A stretch of DNA of 63,981 bases, counting the filler, from Octopus bimaculoides (taxonomy: Eukaryota), in assembly GCF_001194135.2 (NCBI RefSeq). It is 5 parts of 5 records of this genome, joined end to end, with 100 filler letters (N's around TTAATTAATTAA, not from the genome) between each part and the next. Parts side by side here need not be neighbours in the genome. Positions count along the whole stretch, not along the records: positions 5,560 to 26,497 come from NC_068982.1; 4 more parts are not named here. The stretch is one strand, 5' to 3'. A program made the translations under genes and the position numbers. A model generated the notes under the pieces. That model had not been told where the DNA came from. It made no database searches and saw only the letters and a list, made by a program, of their open reading frames with translations. This document shows positions 12,720 through 25,283 of this stretch, piece by piece. Position 1 is the first letter of the stretch, and every line of letters starts with the position of its first letter.

Positions 12720-14177
12720 CTCTCTCTCCCTATATATATANNNNNNNNNNNNNNNNNNNNNNNNNNNNNNNNNNNNNNNNNNNNNNNNNNNNNNNNNNNN
12801 NNNNNNNNNNNNNNNNNNNNNNNNNNNNNNNNNNNNNNNNNNNNNNNNNNNNNNNNNNNNNNNNNNNNNNNNNNNNNNNNNNNNNNNNNNNNNNNNNNNN
12901 NNNNNNNNNNNNNNNNNNNNNNNNNNNNNNNNNNNNNNNNNNNNNNNNNNNNNNNNNNNNNNNNNNNNNNNNNNNNNNNNNNNNNNNNNNNNNNNNNNNN
13001 NNNNNNNNNNNNNNNNNNNNNNNNNNNNNNNNNNNNNNNNNNNNNNNNNNNNNNTATATATATATGTATATATATGTATATATACAGGTAGTTAGATAGG
13101 CAGGTAAGTATACATGTGTTAATGTATTTTAGTGTGTGCGTCTGTGTTTGTGTGCATGAGAAAGAGGAGAGGGGGAGAGAGGGGAGAGAGATAGAAGCGG
13201 GTGGCAAATAAACTTGTATTGTTTCTAAGGTATGAAGTAAGATTAAGTCAAATGATTAAACCACCAACAAGCTGACACGTGCCCAATTATCAGAAGATAA
13301 AAGAAGAGTCAAAGTGCTTAAAAAACAAACAAACAAAAAAAAACAGACAAAATACAAAGTAAAACAAAATAATAAAACATAATAATAATAATAACAACAA
13401 CAACAACAATAATAATGCAATTGAAAAGGGGATAAAAATCATAAAAGGAAAATATCCTAATCAATTACTGTGCACCACAGCAACCACAATAGCATCAACT
13501 ATTCGTAATTAAATGTAAAAAAATAAACATAAAAAATTTTTTTCATTACAGTTTTTGTTTTGGTGAGAGGCTTTTGTTCGGTTCTTATTGTATGTTAGTA
13601 GAGTTTAAGTGGTCAACTTAAATCATTTAATGTTACCCCAACTTGAATGCAAGATTCGATTTCTTGTACTAATCTTGACAGCCAAGTGTCTCGCTTGAGG
13701 TCTTTTGTTTTTATCTTTTTAAATCATCGTGGGAACGAGAAGTAACTTTTGATAAAGCAGCTAGGAAAAGAAAGCCTTTCACTAGACGAACCAGAGAATT
13801 AAACAAAGGCACGTACTCATATGCATAAATATAGACATACATGCACACATACACACACAGGTATACATATACACGCATATTTAAATATACGCATTTATGT
13901 ATCTACATATTCAAAAGCAAGAACGAATGCACGCAGATAAGCACTTATGCAATCACACATTAAAACATAAGCATATAATCACACCCAAATATACTTATCT
14001 AACTGTGTATCTATTTACATACATATATACAAGCTTACATACTCTCATGCATACACACATACGTATCTGCGTAGATTAGACATGTATATATACATATAAA
14101 CATACATGCATGCACTCATACATACATACATACATACATACATACACATTCTCACATATATGTGTATAATGCCCACA

Positions 14178-14237
<60 letters not shown>

Positions 14238-14424
14238 ACGTGTATGTACCTATATATTTATATACAGATATACAAATAATTTACATGCAGTAATATGCAT
14301 GTACACATAGAAATAAACGTAGGGAACATACATACGTACATAAGAGGTACACATATATTTACACATACATGTACATTCAAGCGTATATGTATCCATATAT
14401 ACTTACATATATGCCTACATAGAT

Positions 14425-14810
14425 TTCTCTTTGGCACTCCGTCGCTTACGACGTCGATGGTTCCAGTTGATCCAATCAACGGAACAGCCTGCTCGTGAAA
14501 TTAACGTGCAAGTGGCTGAGCACTCCACAGACACGTGTACCCTTAACGTAGTTCTCGGGGATATTCAGCGTGACACAGTGTGACAAGGCTGACCCTTCGA
14601 ATTACAGGCACAACAGAAACAGGAAGAAAGAGTGAGAGAAATTTGTAGTGAAAGAGTACGGCAGGGTTCACCACCATCCCTTGCCGGAGCCTCGTGGAGC
14701 TTTAGGTGTTTTCGCTCAATAAACACTCACAACGCCCAGTCTGGGAATCGAAACCGCGATTCTATGACCGCGAGTCCGCTGCTCTAACCACTGGGCCATT
14801 GCGCCTCCAC
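14425..14810 (-). mobile_element. Full-length tRNA-derived SINE with a 14-bp target-site duplication
   Basis: tRNA-like head with A box tggcccagtggtt and B box ggtttcgattcc. Exact direct repeat ATGCCTACATAGAT at 14411-14424 and 14811-14824. Confidence 0.9.
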
Positions 14811-14921
14811 ATGCCTACATAGATATATGCATACAAACGTACATGATTTGCCATCACTCGCAAGCGAATATTATCAAATGTCTCATACCACGCTTTCGTT
14901 AATTGCTTTTGATTGCTTTAG

Positions 14922-15109
14922 GTGCCCATAGACACCTCCAGGTCCTTCCACATTTGACCCAGTCGAACATTGGTGATGTGAAAGCTGGACGTAGAGTGGA
15001 CTCTCACACATCGTTTAACGCTGTCCAAGTCAACTCATTTTCAGCTGAGTACTTTGCTCAAACGAACATTGCACCACTCACTCCAGAAATCAAAACATCA
15101 GCTTTATGA
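14922..15109 (+). CDS. Terminal coding exon C: (S)AHRHLQVLPHLTQSNIGDVKAGRRVDSHTSFNAVQVNSFSAEYFAQTNIAPLTPEIKTSAL*
   Basis: Strong acceptor gcttttgattgctttag|. 62-codon open frame to TGA. Ends in -TSAL, a class I PDZ-binding pattern (S/T-x-hydrophobic). AATAAA at 15567 and 15795. Confidence 0.6.
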
Positions 15110-15230
15110 GCATGCACCAACTACTCATATACATGCATAAATACATACATATGCTTTGCAGTAGAAATCAGATGCTCCTGGACATGAAAGTGGTTAAGCA
15201 AATATAGCAGAGAGAGAACGCTTATGACCA

Positions 15231-15621
15231 TTTAGTGTTGAATCCAAAGTTTTGCAATATTTTGGTAACTTATTAGCTTTATTCATCTTGTTACAACAAA
15301 AGCAGTCAAATATTCAAAATAGAGGCCATTGTGTTGCATCTTTTGAAGCTATCTTTTAACCCACGCTGATAACAGTTCTTGTCTTTCGAGGCGAAGAACT
15401 CCTTCACTGAAGCTTCCATCTCCTCTTGCTTGATGGGAAAGCGCAGGAAGGGAGGACAAGAACTGGTAGTAGCGTGGGATCAAAAACTGACAGAAAGATA
15501 GCTTCCGACGGTGCAACACGATGGCCTCTACTTTGAATGCTAGGCTCTTTTTGTCGTAACTTGACGAATAAAGCAAATAAGTTACGAAAATATTGCAACA
15601 CTTTTGACTCGACCCATTATA
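15231..15621. mobile_element. Mariner-derived fold-back element (MITE-like)
   Basis: 15231-15390 is an imperfect inverted copy of 15463-15621. Minus frame QEEMEASVKEFFASKDKNCYQRG and plus frame VQHDGLYFEC* match the mariner transposase C-terminus. Confidence 0.75.
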
Positions 15622-16000
15622 TGGAGTTTGCAAATCCAGTGCTTAAGATACACTTTCGGTTTCATGTCAGCTATGACGAGAGGAACAGCATATGTACCAA
15701 GACGCCATGAGTAAAGTATGGCTAAACTTGGATTCTTGGGAAGGAAATGCATCCCATTAATTCATACGCTACAAATGATCGCGATATCTGGGACAATAAA
15801 AATATACACGACCTTAAGATTTAAAGGATGATGAATAAGACAAAACACTTTCCTTCGCAACCGTGCTACCAAGCAGGAAGCTGGTGAAAATTAACATATC
15901 CCCCCCACACACACGTATTCATACATACATACATACATACATACATACATGCATGCATACATACATACATACATACATACATACATACATACATACATAC

Positions 16001-17153
16001 AAAAATACCCTGTTGTTGATGTTNNNNNNNNNNNNNNNNNNNNNNNNNNNNNNNNNNNNNNNNNNNNNNNNNNNNNNNNNNNNNNNNNNNNNNNNNNNNN
16101 NNNNNNNNNNNNNNNNNNNNNNNNNNNNNNNNNNNNNNNNNNNNNNNNNNNNNNNNNNNNNNNNNNNNNNNNNNNNNNNNNNNNNNNNNNNNNNNNNNNN
16201 NNNNNNNNNNNNNNNNNNNNNNNNNNNNNNNNNNNNNNNNNNNNNNNNNNNNNNNNNNNNNNNNNNNNNNNNNNNNNNNNNNNNNNNNNNNNNNNNNNNN
16301 NNNNNNNNNNNNNNNNNNNNNNNNNNNNNNNNNNNNNNNNNNNNNNNNNNNNNNNNNNNNNNNNNNNNNNNNNNNNNNNNNNNNNNNNNNNNNNNNNNNN
16401 NNNNNNNNNNNNNNNNNNNNNNNNNNNNNNNNNNNNNNNNNNNNNNNNNNNNNNNNNNNNNNNNNNNNNNNNNNNNNNNNNNNNNNNNNNNNNNNNNNNN
16501 NNNNNNNNNNNNNNNNNNNNNNNNNNNNNNNNNNNNNNNNNNNNNNNNNNNNNNNNNNNNNNNNNNNNNNNNNNNNNNNNNNNNNNNNNNNNNNNNNNNN
16601 NNNNNNNNNNNNNNNNNNNNNNNNNNNNNNNNNNNNNNNNNNNNNNNNNNNNNNNNNNNNNNNNNNNNNNNNNNNNNNNNNNNNNNNNNNNNNNNNNNNN
16701 NNNNNNNNNNNNNNNNNNNNNNNNNNNNNNNNNNNNNNNNNNNNNNNNNNNNNNNNNNNNNNNNNNNNNNNNNNNNNNNNNNNNNNNNNNNNNNNNNNNN
16801 NNNNNNNNNNNNNNNNNNNNATAAAACAGCTGTTTCGGCATGTGTTCATCTGCCATTCGAACAATATGGCCACACCATCTCAATTGGTTCCTCAAAATCA
16901 TGGCTTTAATTGAGGGGATGCCTGCAGATGCAAGGATATCTGTGTTTGGAGTAAAAGAATTCCATTTAATTCTTAAAATATGACGAAGGCATTTTTGGTG
17001 GAATTTTTCTAACATTTTAAAATGCCTTTCATAACAGGTCCAAGTTTCACAGGAATACAATAGGGATGTTAAGACAAATGATTTGTAAAGAGCCAGCTTT
17101 GTATTGTTATTTATATGTCGCTGGCGCCAGACGCGTGACTCCAAGCCACCAAA
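16001..17153 (-). mobile_element. RTE-clade LINE 3' fragment, 5'-truncated
   Basis: Translation TKLALYKSFVLTSLLYSCETWT...RNQLRWCGHIVRMADEHMPKQLFY is the typical RTE C-terminal region. (TACA)n flanks both sides, and there is a gap at 16024-16820. Confidence 0.8.
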
Positions 17154-17329
17154 TACATACATGCATACATACATACATACATGCCTACATACATACATAC
17201 ATGCATACATACATACATGGTAGCTGTCAACTCGTAAACGAGCATGACCATCACTAGCAAGATGTTAAATACAATGCCTTAATGCCGTTGCTGAAATTTA
17301 AAGTTTCTTTCTAAGACTCTCGCCAAGTT

Positions 17330-17590
17330 CAGAAACGAACAAGAGCAAGATCTCTGGCTTTGCAATAAAGTGGGTATTATTTTCGGAATTTCCTTCTGGT
17401 GAAATGTATATACAAAGACAAAGGGTTTTTCACTCCCGGCTCTTCTATACCAGTGTGGAAGATAGCATCCACATCATCAGCAGCTGCACCACAATGTCTA
17501 CGAGATACTACCTACCCCTGAGGCATGATATAGTTACAAAGACTATTTACAATAACTTCTTGGATATATTTTGGAATCGACTGTGAATTG
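17330..17590 (+). mobile_element. Decayed R4/Dong-like (RLE-type) non-LTR fragment, C-terminal zinc-knuckle region
   Basis: Frame reads SRLFYTSVEDSIHIISSCTTMSTRYYLPLRHDIVTKTIYN, resembling the CxxC..H....C plus RHD motif of RLE-encoding LINEs. The first cysteines are degenerate. Confidence 0.5.
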
Positions 17591-20253
17591 TATTCACGTT
17601 GTTCTGGTTCAATGACGGCAGCAAAAATCCATGTTCGTATTCGAATCTGCCGGAGCATGTTAAGACTTAACAAACACATTGTTATTTTGATCATCATTGT
17701 TTTACGTGCTCATAATAATATAGCATCAGCGTGATGGCAAATCCTTGGCTCCCTGAATTTTGTTCATGTCGAACTCCAAACGGCAAGTTGCCATCTATCG
17801 CTGAGGAGCCACACCCATACTGAAACAATGTTGTCACTTAGTGCAAGTGTGTTGTTTACAGACATTGTCTAGAAGTCGTCCTCAGAGACAAAGTTCAATA
17901 GCAAAAAGCCATGTTCTTATTCGAGTCTGCTGAAACCTGTAAGAATAAATATTCACGGCATCCTCACTAATTTGATTACCTGTAATAATTTAAGTTGAGG
18001 TGAAATTTTGATTTAAATTTTAGTGACACTTTGTGCGATTTCTTTATAAGTTGATTTACACTCAGAATAACTAAAAGTATAATTCTAAACTTTGTTCTAT
18101 TTCTTGTTGATACTCGACAGACATAGCTGTTCTCTATAAATAAAGGTGTTTCTCGTTCTTTATTCGATGCTGTCGCAATATGCTTTATTCCAATTTTAAC
18201 TATAGGCATTGGTCTGCTTGCTGAAACAGATATTGTCGAGAGTGTCAAATGTAATTTTCTCTCTGTGGATGTTTGGTATGAGATGTGAAGAACAGTTTGA
18301 GCGATTAAACAATGTTAATGCTGGAATTGAACATTTTACTCTGCAGAGAATTTTGTTAAATCAATTGTACCTCGAATATGTAGTTGCACTACTTTTCATT
18401 TTTTTTTTCATTTTTATTTTCTTTTGTTTTATAAATAAACCTGCAATTTAATCTAACTTTGAAAAACAAACTGGTTACACCACAGGCATTATCTCTCTGC
18501 GAGGAGCAAATGAGATATCAATCAAACTAGTCTTGTTATATTTTCATCAGTAAATGAATAACCATCTTCCCAACACTCAAACCAGTTTCAACTATCTATT
18601 TTTTTTTTTTTGTTCATAGCGGTAAAATCCCTGATGCAATTATTTTGTTTACTTCTCACAGCGAAACTAAACTGTGTTTATTTAAAAATATAGGTGTACC
18701 TCATATTACAAATTATCCCTACCACAAAAGCTCAGCTGTGACTTGTGACTATATGCACTGTCATGAACATTAGACACACCACTTTAGNNNNNNNNNNNNN
18801 NNNNNNNNNNNNNNNNNNNNNNNNNNNNNNNNNNNNNNNNNNNNNNNNNNNNNNNNNNNNNNNNNNNNNNNNNNNNNNNNNNNNNNNNNNNNNNNNNNNN
18901 NNNNNNNNNNNNNNNNNNNNNNNNNNNNNNNNNNNNNNNNNNNNNNNNNNNNNNNNNNNNNNNNNNNNNNNNNNNNNNNNNNNNNNNNNNNNNNNNNNNN
19001 NNNNNNNNNNNNNNNNNNNNNNNNNNNNNNNNNNNNNNNNNNNNNNNNNNNNNNNNNNNNNNNNNNNNNNNNNNNNNNNNNNNNNNNNNNNNNNNNNNNN
19101 NNNNNNNNNNNNNNNNNNNNNNNNNNNNNNNNNNNNNNNNNNNNNNNNNNNNNNNNNNNNNNNNNNNNNNNNNNNNNNNNNNNNNNNNNNNNNNNNNNNN
19201 NNNNNNNNNNNNNNNNNNNNNNNNNNNNNNNNNNNNNNNNNNNNNNNNNNNNNNNNNNNNNNNNNNNNNNNNNNNNNNNNNNNNNNNNNNNNNNNNNNNN
19301 NNNNNNNNNNNNNNNNNNNNNNNNNNNNNNNNNNNNNNNNNNNNNNNNNNNNNNNNNNNNNNNNNNNNNNNNNNNNNNNNNNNNNNNNNNNNNNNNNNNN
19401 NNNNNNNNNNNNNNNNNNNNNNNNNNNNNNNNNNNNNNNNNNNNNNNNNNNNNNNNNNNNNNNNNNNNNNNNNNNNNNNNNNNNNNNNNNNNNNNNNNNN
19501 NNNNNNNNNNNNNNNNNNNNNNNNNNNNNNNNNNNNNNNNNNNNNNNNNNNNNNNGTATGCGTGTGAAGCATATTTATATGAGGTGTGTGATGTGTATTT
19601 GTATGATGTGCATGAATGTGTAAGATGGGCATACAAGTATAAGGTGTATGTGCAGTCTGCGTGATATCAAATGTATGCCTCTGTTTATGCATTTATGCGT
19701 TTATCTATGTATATCTACATGTGTGTCCTATCTGTGAGGTATGTTTGCATATGTACGCGATATACAATATATGCGTGTATGTATATGTAAACTGGATGTA
19801 TGCGTGTTGTGCATGTACGTGTGTGTATATGCATAAGCATATGTCTGTATGGATATATATGAATGCACGAACGTGCGTGTATGTATATGTGTCTATGTAT
19901 GTGGGGGGTGAATGTAAGGTATGCGGAATGAAAGATTATGTTAATCCTCTTCCAAGTGACTTGAAGTCAACGAATCTTCTTAAAGTGTCGGTTAAATAAT
20001 AAAGTAGATGCTGTTGTGATTAGATTACTGCGGATGAAGAAGATAGAGCTGCTGTGAGGGAGACGTTGAGGGGTATACTGGGGTGTATTTAGTGGTTTTA
20101 CTGATAGACGGGTATAATTGACAGCACAATGGTTGTAGGTATGGCAGAATGTTTATCAAATGGTCTACAAGTTGTATTGTTTAGGTTATTTCTTTTCTTT
20201 CCTTATTTATTTTTGTGTCGCAAATTGTAAACTATATCGTCGTTGCTTTACAG

Positions 20254-20336
20254 GTTTGCAACATACCAATCACTTTTTTACGGTTATTGCTATCATTTAA
20301 TCACAGGTCACTTATGGACGAAGCCTTTTGCCAAAG
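20254..20336 (+). CDS. Candidate exon B': (Q)FATYQSLFYGYCYHLITGHLWTKPFAK
   Basis: Acceptor tcgttgctttacag| and donor AAAG|gtatat. 83 nt. This frame joins exon A to the 23866 exon. A second frame (VCNIPITFLRLLLSFNHRSLMDEAFCQR) is also open. Confidence 0.5.
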
Positions 20337-22154
20337 GTATATTCTGACCGTGACCATTCCGCCTGTAATTTTTTTACGACTTGTCTCCTCGCCAACGAAG
20401 ATTAATAAGTAGCTTCCTGATCTTCCACGCTGAAGCAGCAATAAGAAATAGTGGCGATGTCTCTCTAGAATGGATAGAAGCAGTCCATATACTCCTGTTC
20501 CGCCGTGAAAAGTGGCAGGAGTACTTTCATTTTAATCCAGCTGCCTTTTAATCCACCAACCGTAGCAGCTACGTCTAACCTAGACATTGTCCTCGATGAT
20601 AGGCAATTGTCGTCAATGGATTACGTAGTCACAGTAATTAAGTAAATGGCCGAATTGAAACAACCCGAAAAATTCTCACTGTGATGACAGCATCCTTGTA
20701 TTCTTCTTAAACGACGACGCACAGCGAGACATTGTGCTAATCGTCGTGCCAAAAGGAAAAGAAATCCTAGTTTGTTTTTTCCGCTCATTTCATGGTCAAT
20801 TACTGGTCTCAAAGCTTAAACCACACAAGAGTAGTTCATGGTTCAGTGCAGCGGGGCTAAGCAATACTGATAACTGTAGAGATAATTCGGGCACCTGAAA
20901 CTACAATTATAAGCTAAACCCAGGAGTCAGATATGACCTCGTTCAGTGTTGGCCTGTGTTTCTCATCGACATCGTCCCTGTGGCCGTTTGTTACTAGTAC
21001 TCTCTCAGTCAGATGCATCGCACGTTCCGGTTGAAGTCATACGGTCAGCCATCGCTTTGATCGCGTCGCAAACATTAAACTGAGAGAAACTTGTTGAAGA
21101 CGTTGCAATAGCCGCCTCCTGCTATTCGTGAACATTTGCAGGTCAAGGTGGGTAGCGTCACACTTTTAGATTTTGGTGACCTTGGATAACTATTAGTACA
21201 TTCGCACAGGCTGGAATATACTAATCCTCGAGTAATGGGTTCTCTACGAGTCCGTTATATCATCTGTCGACGGCTTAGTAAGCACTGATCGTAACTAGGA
21301 GTTAGTGCTCTATTCTGGAGAGTAAGAATGCAAAACGGTTACTACATTTAAGGATCTCAGCAAGGGTGCAAATTATCCACTTTTCGCACTGAGAAGTAGA
21401 GACAAGAAGTAATCAGTCGGGACTCTGCCGTGGCTCCGCGATCGGAATGACTATATATTAAATCCATTAGCTAATATCGATTTGAAGGTAGTTCTGGTGC
21501 CAGCAGTCACAAAAATTCCAGCTCTAGAAGTATCTATTGAATTTGTTGCGTTTGAAAACTTTGTAGTCAGGATTTGAGTTTCGAAATGTGTCGCAGTACG
21601 TCCGAAGCGACGATGCTCATGTAGGCACACTTCTAATGAAACCCTTCTGTAGGTACATTCTTGAAATGAGTTCCATTGTGTATGAAAATACAAAATTAAT
21701 GAGAATGATATTGCAGTGAAAATAGCCCGACAAATGTTACTTGCGGGCATTTTGCTCTCAAAAAGTTAGAAAAATATGAAGTGACGAATAGCAGCAGAAC
21801 CAAGGAGAAAATCAACAGACCCCAGTGACCTGTCTAATTTTCAGGATTAAAAGTTAATGAACAAGACCCCTCTTTCCCGGTTACGGCTGGTTAAGCCATC
21901 TGCTTTCGACAATGAAGAGGGCATCGACACAGAACAAAGATGGCAAACTAGTTGTTAGTCTCATACCAAACATGATTGGCTTAAGTTAGAGATAGCGAAC
22001 TAATTGTTAGTTTTGTACTGAATGTGGTTGGATTACGCACACACATCCATCCATCCATCCATCCATCCATACATACATACATACATACATGCATGCATGC
22101 ATGCATACATCCATACATGCATGCTCACATACATGCATGCATACATTGTTGTTG

Positions 22155-22522
22155 TTGGCACTCAGTCGCTTACGACGTCGAGGGTTCCAGTTGATCCGAT
22201 CAATGGAACAGCCTGCTCGTGAAATTAACGTGCAAGTGGCTGAGCACTCCACAGACATGTGTACCCTTAACGTAGTTCTCGGGGGGATATTCAGCGTGAC
22301 ACAGTGTGACAAGGCTGACCCTTTGAAATACAGGCACAACAGAAAGAGGAAGTAAGAGTGAGAGAAAGTTGTGGTAAAAGAGTACAGCAGCGTTCGCCAC
22401 CATCCCCTGCCCGAGCCTCGTGGAGCTTTAGGTGTTTTCGCTCAATAAACACTCACAACGCTCGGTCTGGGAATCGAAACTGCGATCCTATGACCGCGAG
22501 TCCGCTGCCCTAACCACTGGGC
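22155..22522 (-). mobile_element. tRNA-derived SINE, same subfamily as 14425-14810
   Basis: Near-colinear with the 14.4-kb copy, with a (CAA)n tail. The head is cut by a gap. Confidence 0.9.
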
Positions 22523-22595
22523 NNNNNNNNNNNNNNNNNNNNNNNNNNNNNNNNNNNNNNNNNNNNNNNNNNNNNNNNNNNNNNNNNNNNNNNNN

Positions 22596-22647
<52 letters not shown>

Positions 22648-22653
22648 CAGCAA

Positions 22654-22695
<42 letters not shown>

Positions 22696-22738
22696 CAGCA
22701 GCAGCAGCAGCAGTAGCAGCAGCAGTAGCAGCAGCAGT

Positions 22739-22770
<32 letters not shown>

Positions 22771-22778
22771 TAGTAGTA
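22596..22778. repeat. Compound (TAG)n/(CAG)n microsatellite
   Basis: Read directly. Similar arrays lie at 41864-41980 and 61123-61163. Confidence 0.95.
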
Positions 22779-23346
22779 GAGAGAATGCTGATGGTGGGGA
22801 GGGTCGACCACAGCGATAGCGGTTACAATATGTAAGCATAAGCCTTCAACTGGTGAGTGACACCTCAATCCCGTCGACCATCTGACTAATCTGCGTGGGA
22901 CCAGTTTCATAAGGAACGTGGGAGAATCGACAAGTGAGAGTACATACAGGTGGTAATTGTACTGGGTTTTAGGGGATGAGGGCGGAAAACAGGGAGCAGT
23001 ATAGGGTATTAAGTGAAATAAAAAAGACAATATAATACACAAAAGATACACAGAGAGAAAAAAACAAGAAAAGCTAGGAATTAAAATTCATGAAATAAAT
23101 TGCAAATTGTAGAACAAAACAAAAAGGTTGAGAAAGGGGAAAAAAAAGCGATAATTGAGATGACCACTGCTCAACATCTTATCGCCAGTAATATTAATTA
23201 TTGAAAGGAATTAGAGAGAAATAGAGATTGGGTTGAAAGGGAGAAAGAAAAAAGAGAAAAGAGAGTCCATTAAGCATATGGATATAGGCAATTATTATTC
23301 TCAGTTACACCCCATACAGCCATATATATATGTGTGTGTGCGTGTG

Positions 23347-23395
<49 letters not shown>

Positions 23396-23653
23396 TTGTG
23401 TATGTGTGCGTGTAGTATACATAGATACGCAAACACGGCTTTGTGGTTAAGATTGTTCGCTTCCCAACCTCGTGGTTTCAGGTTCAGTCCCCATGCTCAG
23501 CCCCTTGAGTGAAACTCATTGAAACAGTGTGGAAAGTCGCCACATATGTGTGTGTACGCAGGCGTGGCTGTGGTAAGAAGTTTGCTCCCAATACATATAC
23601 ATATATATACATACATACATTTATACATTCAAATATATGCATATATCTAATTT

Positions 23654-23699
<46 letters not shown>

Positions 23700-23865
23700 T
23701 GTATGTTATGGGTATGTCATTACACTGCACCCGGTAGTGAGACTCCACTTAGGGGATTCTGGTGTTATGGGGTGCATGAAGTCACTCCTTAATTACTCTT
23801 ACTCCCAGGTTCATTCTGATGCCGAAACTTAGTACCTCTCAGGGTCGTATTTATGGGTTAAATAG

Positions 23866-23996
23866 ATTTACCAGAGGGAGAGAAGTTTCCCGATGATTTT
23901 GACGAAGTTGTTGGGGGAGCAGCTCTTCTAGGAGAAAGATATCCTGATATAAATGTTGCCGTCAAAAGAGTACCAGTCATCTTGCAATGCTTGTGA
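23866..23996 (+). CDS. Terminal coding exon C': (D)LPEGEKFPDDFDEVVGGAALLGERYPDINVAVKRVPVILQCL*
   Basis: Open frame with strong G-at-first-position codon bias, bounded upstream by an in-frame TAA just before a aatag| acceptor with a weak pyrimidine tract. TGA at 23994-23996 and AATAAA at 24918. Confidence 0.55.
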
Positions 23997-25249
23997 CTGG
24001 AGCTTAATATGGCGATTGAATGAGCGGTAAAAATGTTGTACAAGTTTTTGTCACTTAGATCCAATGATGTACAGATGTCTCACTATCATTTCATTTCTTG
24101 ATCCGTTTTGTATTTTATAATGGCGATTGATGCGTGGTGAAAAGTCATATGCCAGCACATACAAAGATGGAAATAGATCAGAGCAACCAAGCTGAATGTG
24201 AGACGGCTACCATCTGAGAAGATGAGTCAATCATTATCATATCTGCATTCGGATTTGTATGAGTATGTTGCATGTCATTTTATTGATCCAACTACTGCTT
24301 GGCAACATGCGTTGGTTTGTTTGCGTCTCCGTACATTAACGATTCGACCATATAAGTAAATATACCGTCTTAGTAAATAATAAGAAGAAGAAAACCAAGA
24401 ATAAGAAATACAATAATTATCCTAAGTGCGTAGATCACACGTGTTTGGCAGCCGCGAGTTTTGCAACGTAAAGTTGACAAAATTCCACCGTTTTTCCCTT
24501 TTCTTCGAGCTTCCTTTATTTCTCCACCACTACGATAACATGTAGCAACATTTTCTTCATCATCTAAAAGGCCATTTCTTCGTAAAAATACGACTGCCTT
24601 CTCTCGTCGCTTATCACATTGTAAAAATCTTTAACCAACATCTTAAGGGTTTTTAGAAATTGAAAAGCAAACTAAAAAAAAGTAACCTAAAATAATCGCC
24701 CCTTAATTTGTAGATCACACGCCAAAGTAGCACCACGTTATTGGTATAGAGGAGCTGCAGGTTTCGAAGAGATGCTCAGACAAGTGGAGTAACTAATCTC
24801 TATAACTCTGCACGACTTCTTTTCAGTCTCAAATAATAATGTCGGTTATGTTATGTTTGCACATAGTAGAAGTTTTGATGGGAATGTTCCATGAATATTA
24901 CATTTGTCTATATTGTAAATAAACTGAAATGTTTCATGTGATTTTGGACTGCATTTAATTGAAAATACACATTTATGTGATAGATGTAGTAAAGGCTGCA
25001 AATCATCAGCTGAGCTGAAATGTCATATTTGCTTTGCAGCTCATTAACAAGCAATGGCTATACTCATTGTTGAATTAGCTTCCATCAACACCGCCCGCGT
25101 GCATGCGTGTGTGTGTGTATATTTGTGTATGTGTGTTTGTGTGTCCGTGAATGCGTGCGCATGTATGTGTGGATACGCATACACACACACACACGCACAT
25201 ATATGAAGACAGACAGATATATGTACATATATACGTATACAAGTCTATG

Positions 25250-25283
<34 letters not shown>

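Noticed and set aside
23809-23896. Stronger upstream acceptor (actcccag|) giving FILMPKLSTSQGRIYGLNRFTRGREVSR*
   Set aside because: Codon bias favours the DLPEGEK frame. It is kept only as a possible alternative acceptor and cannot be resolved without reads.
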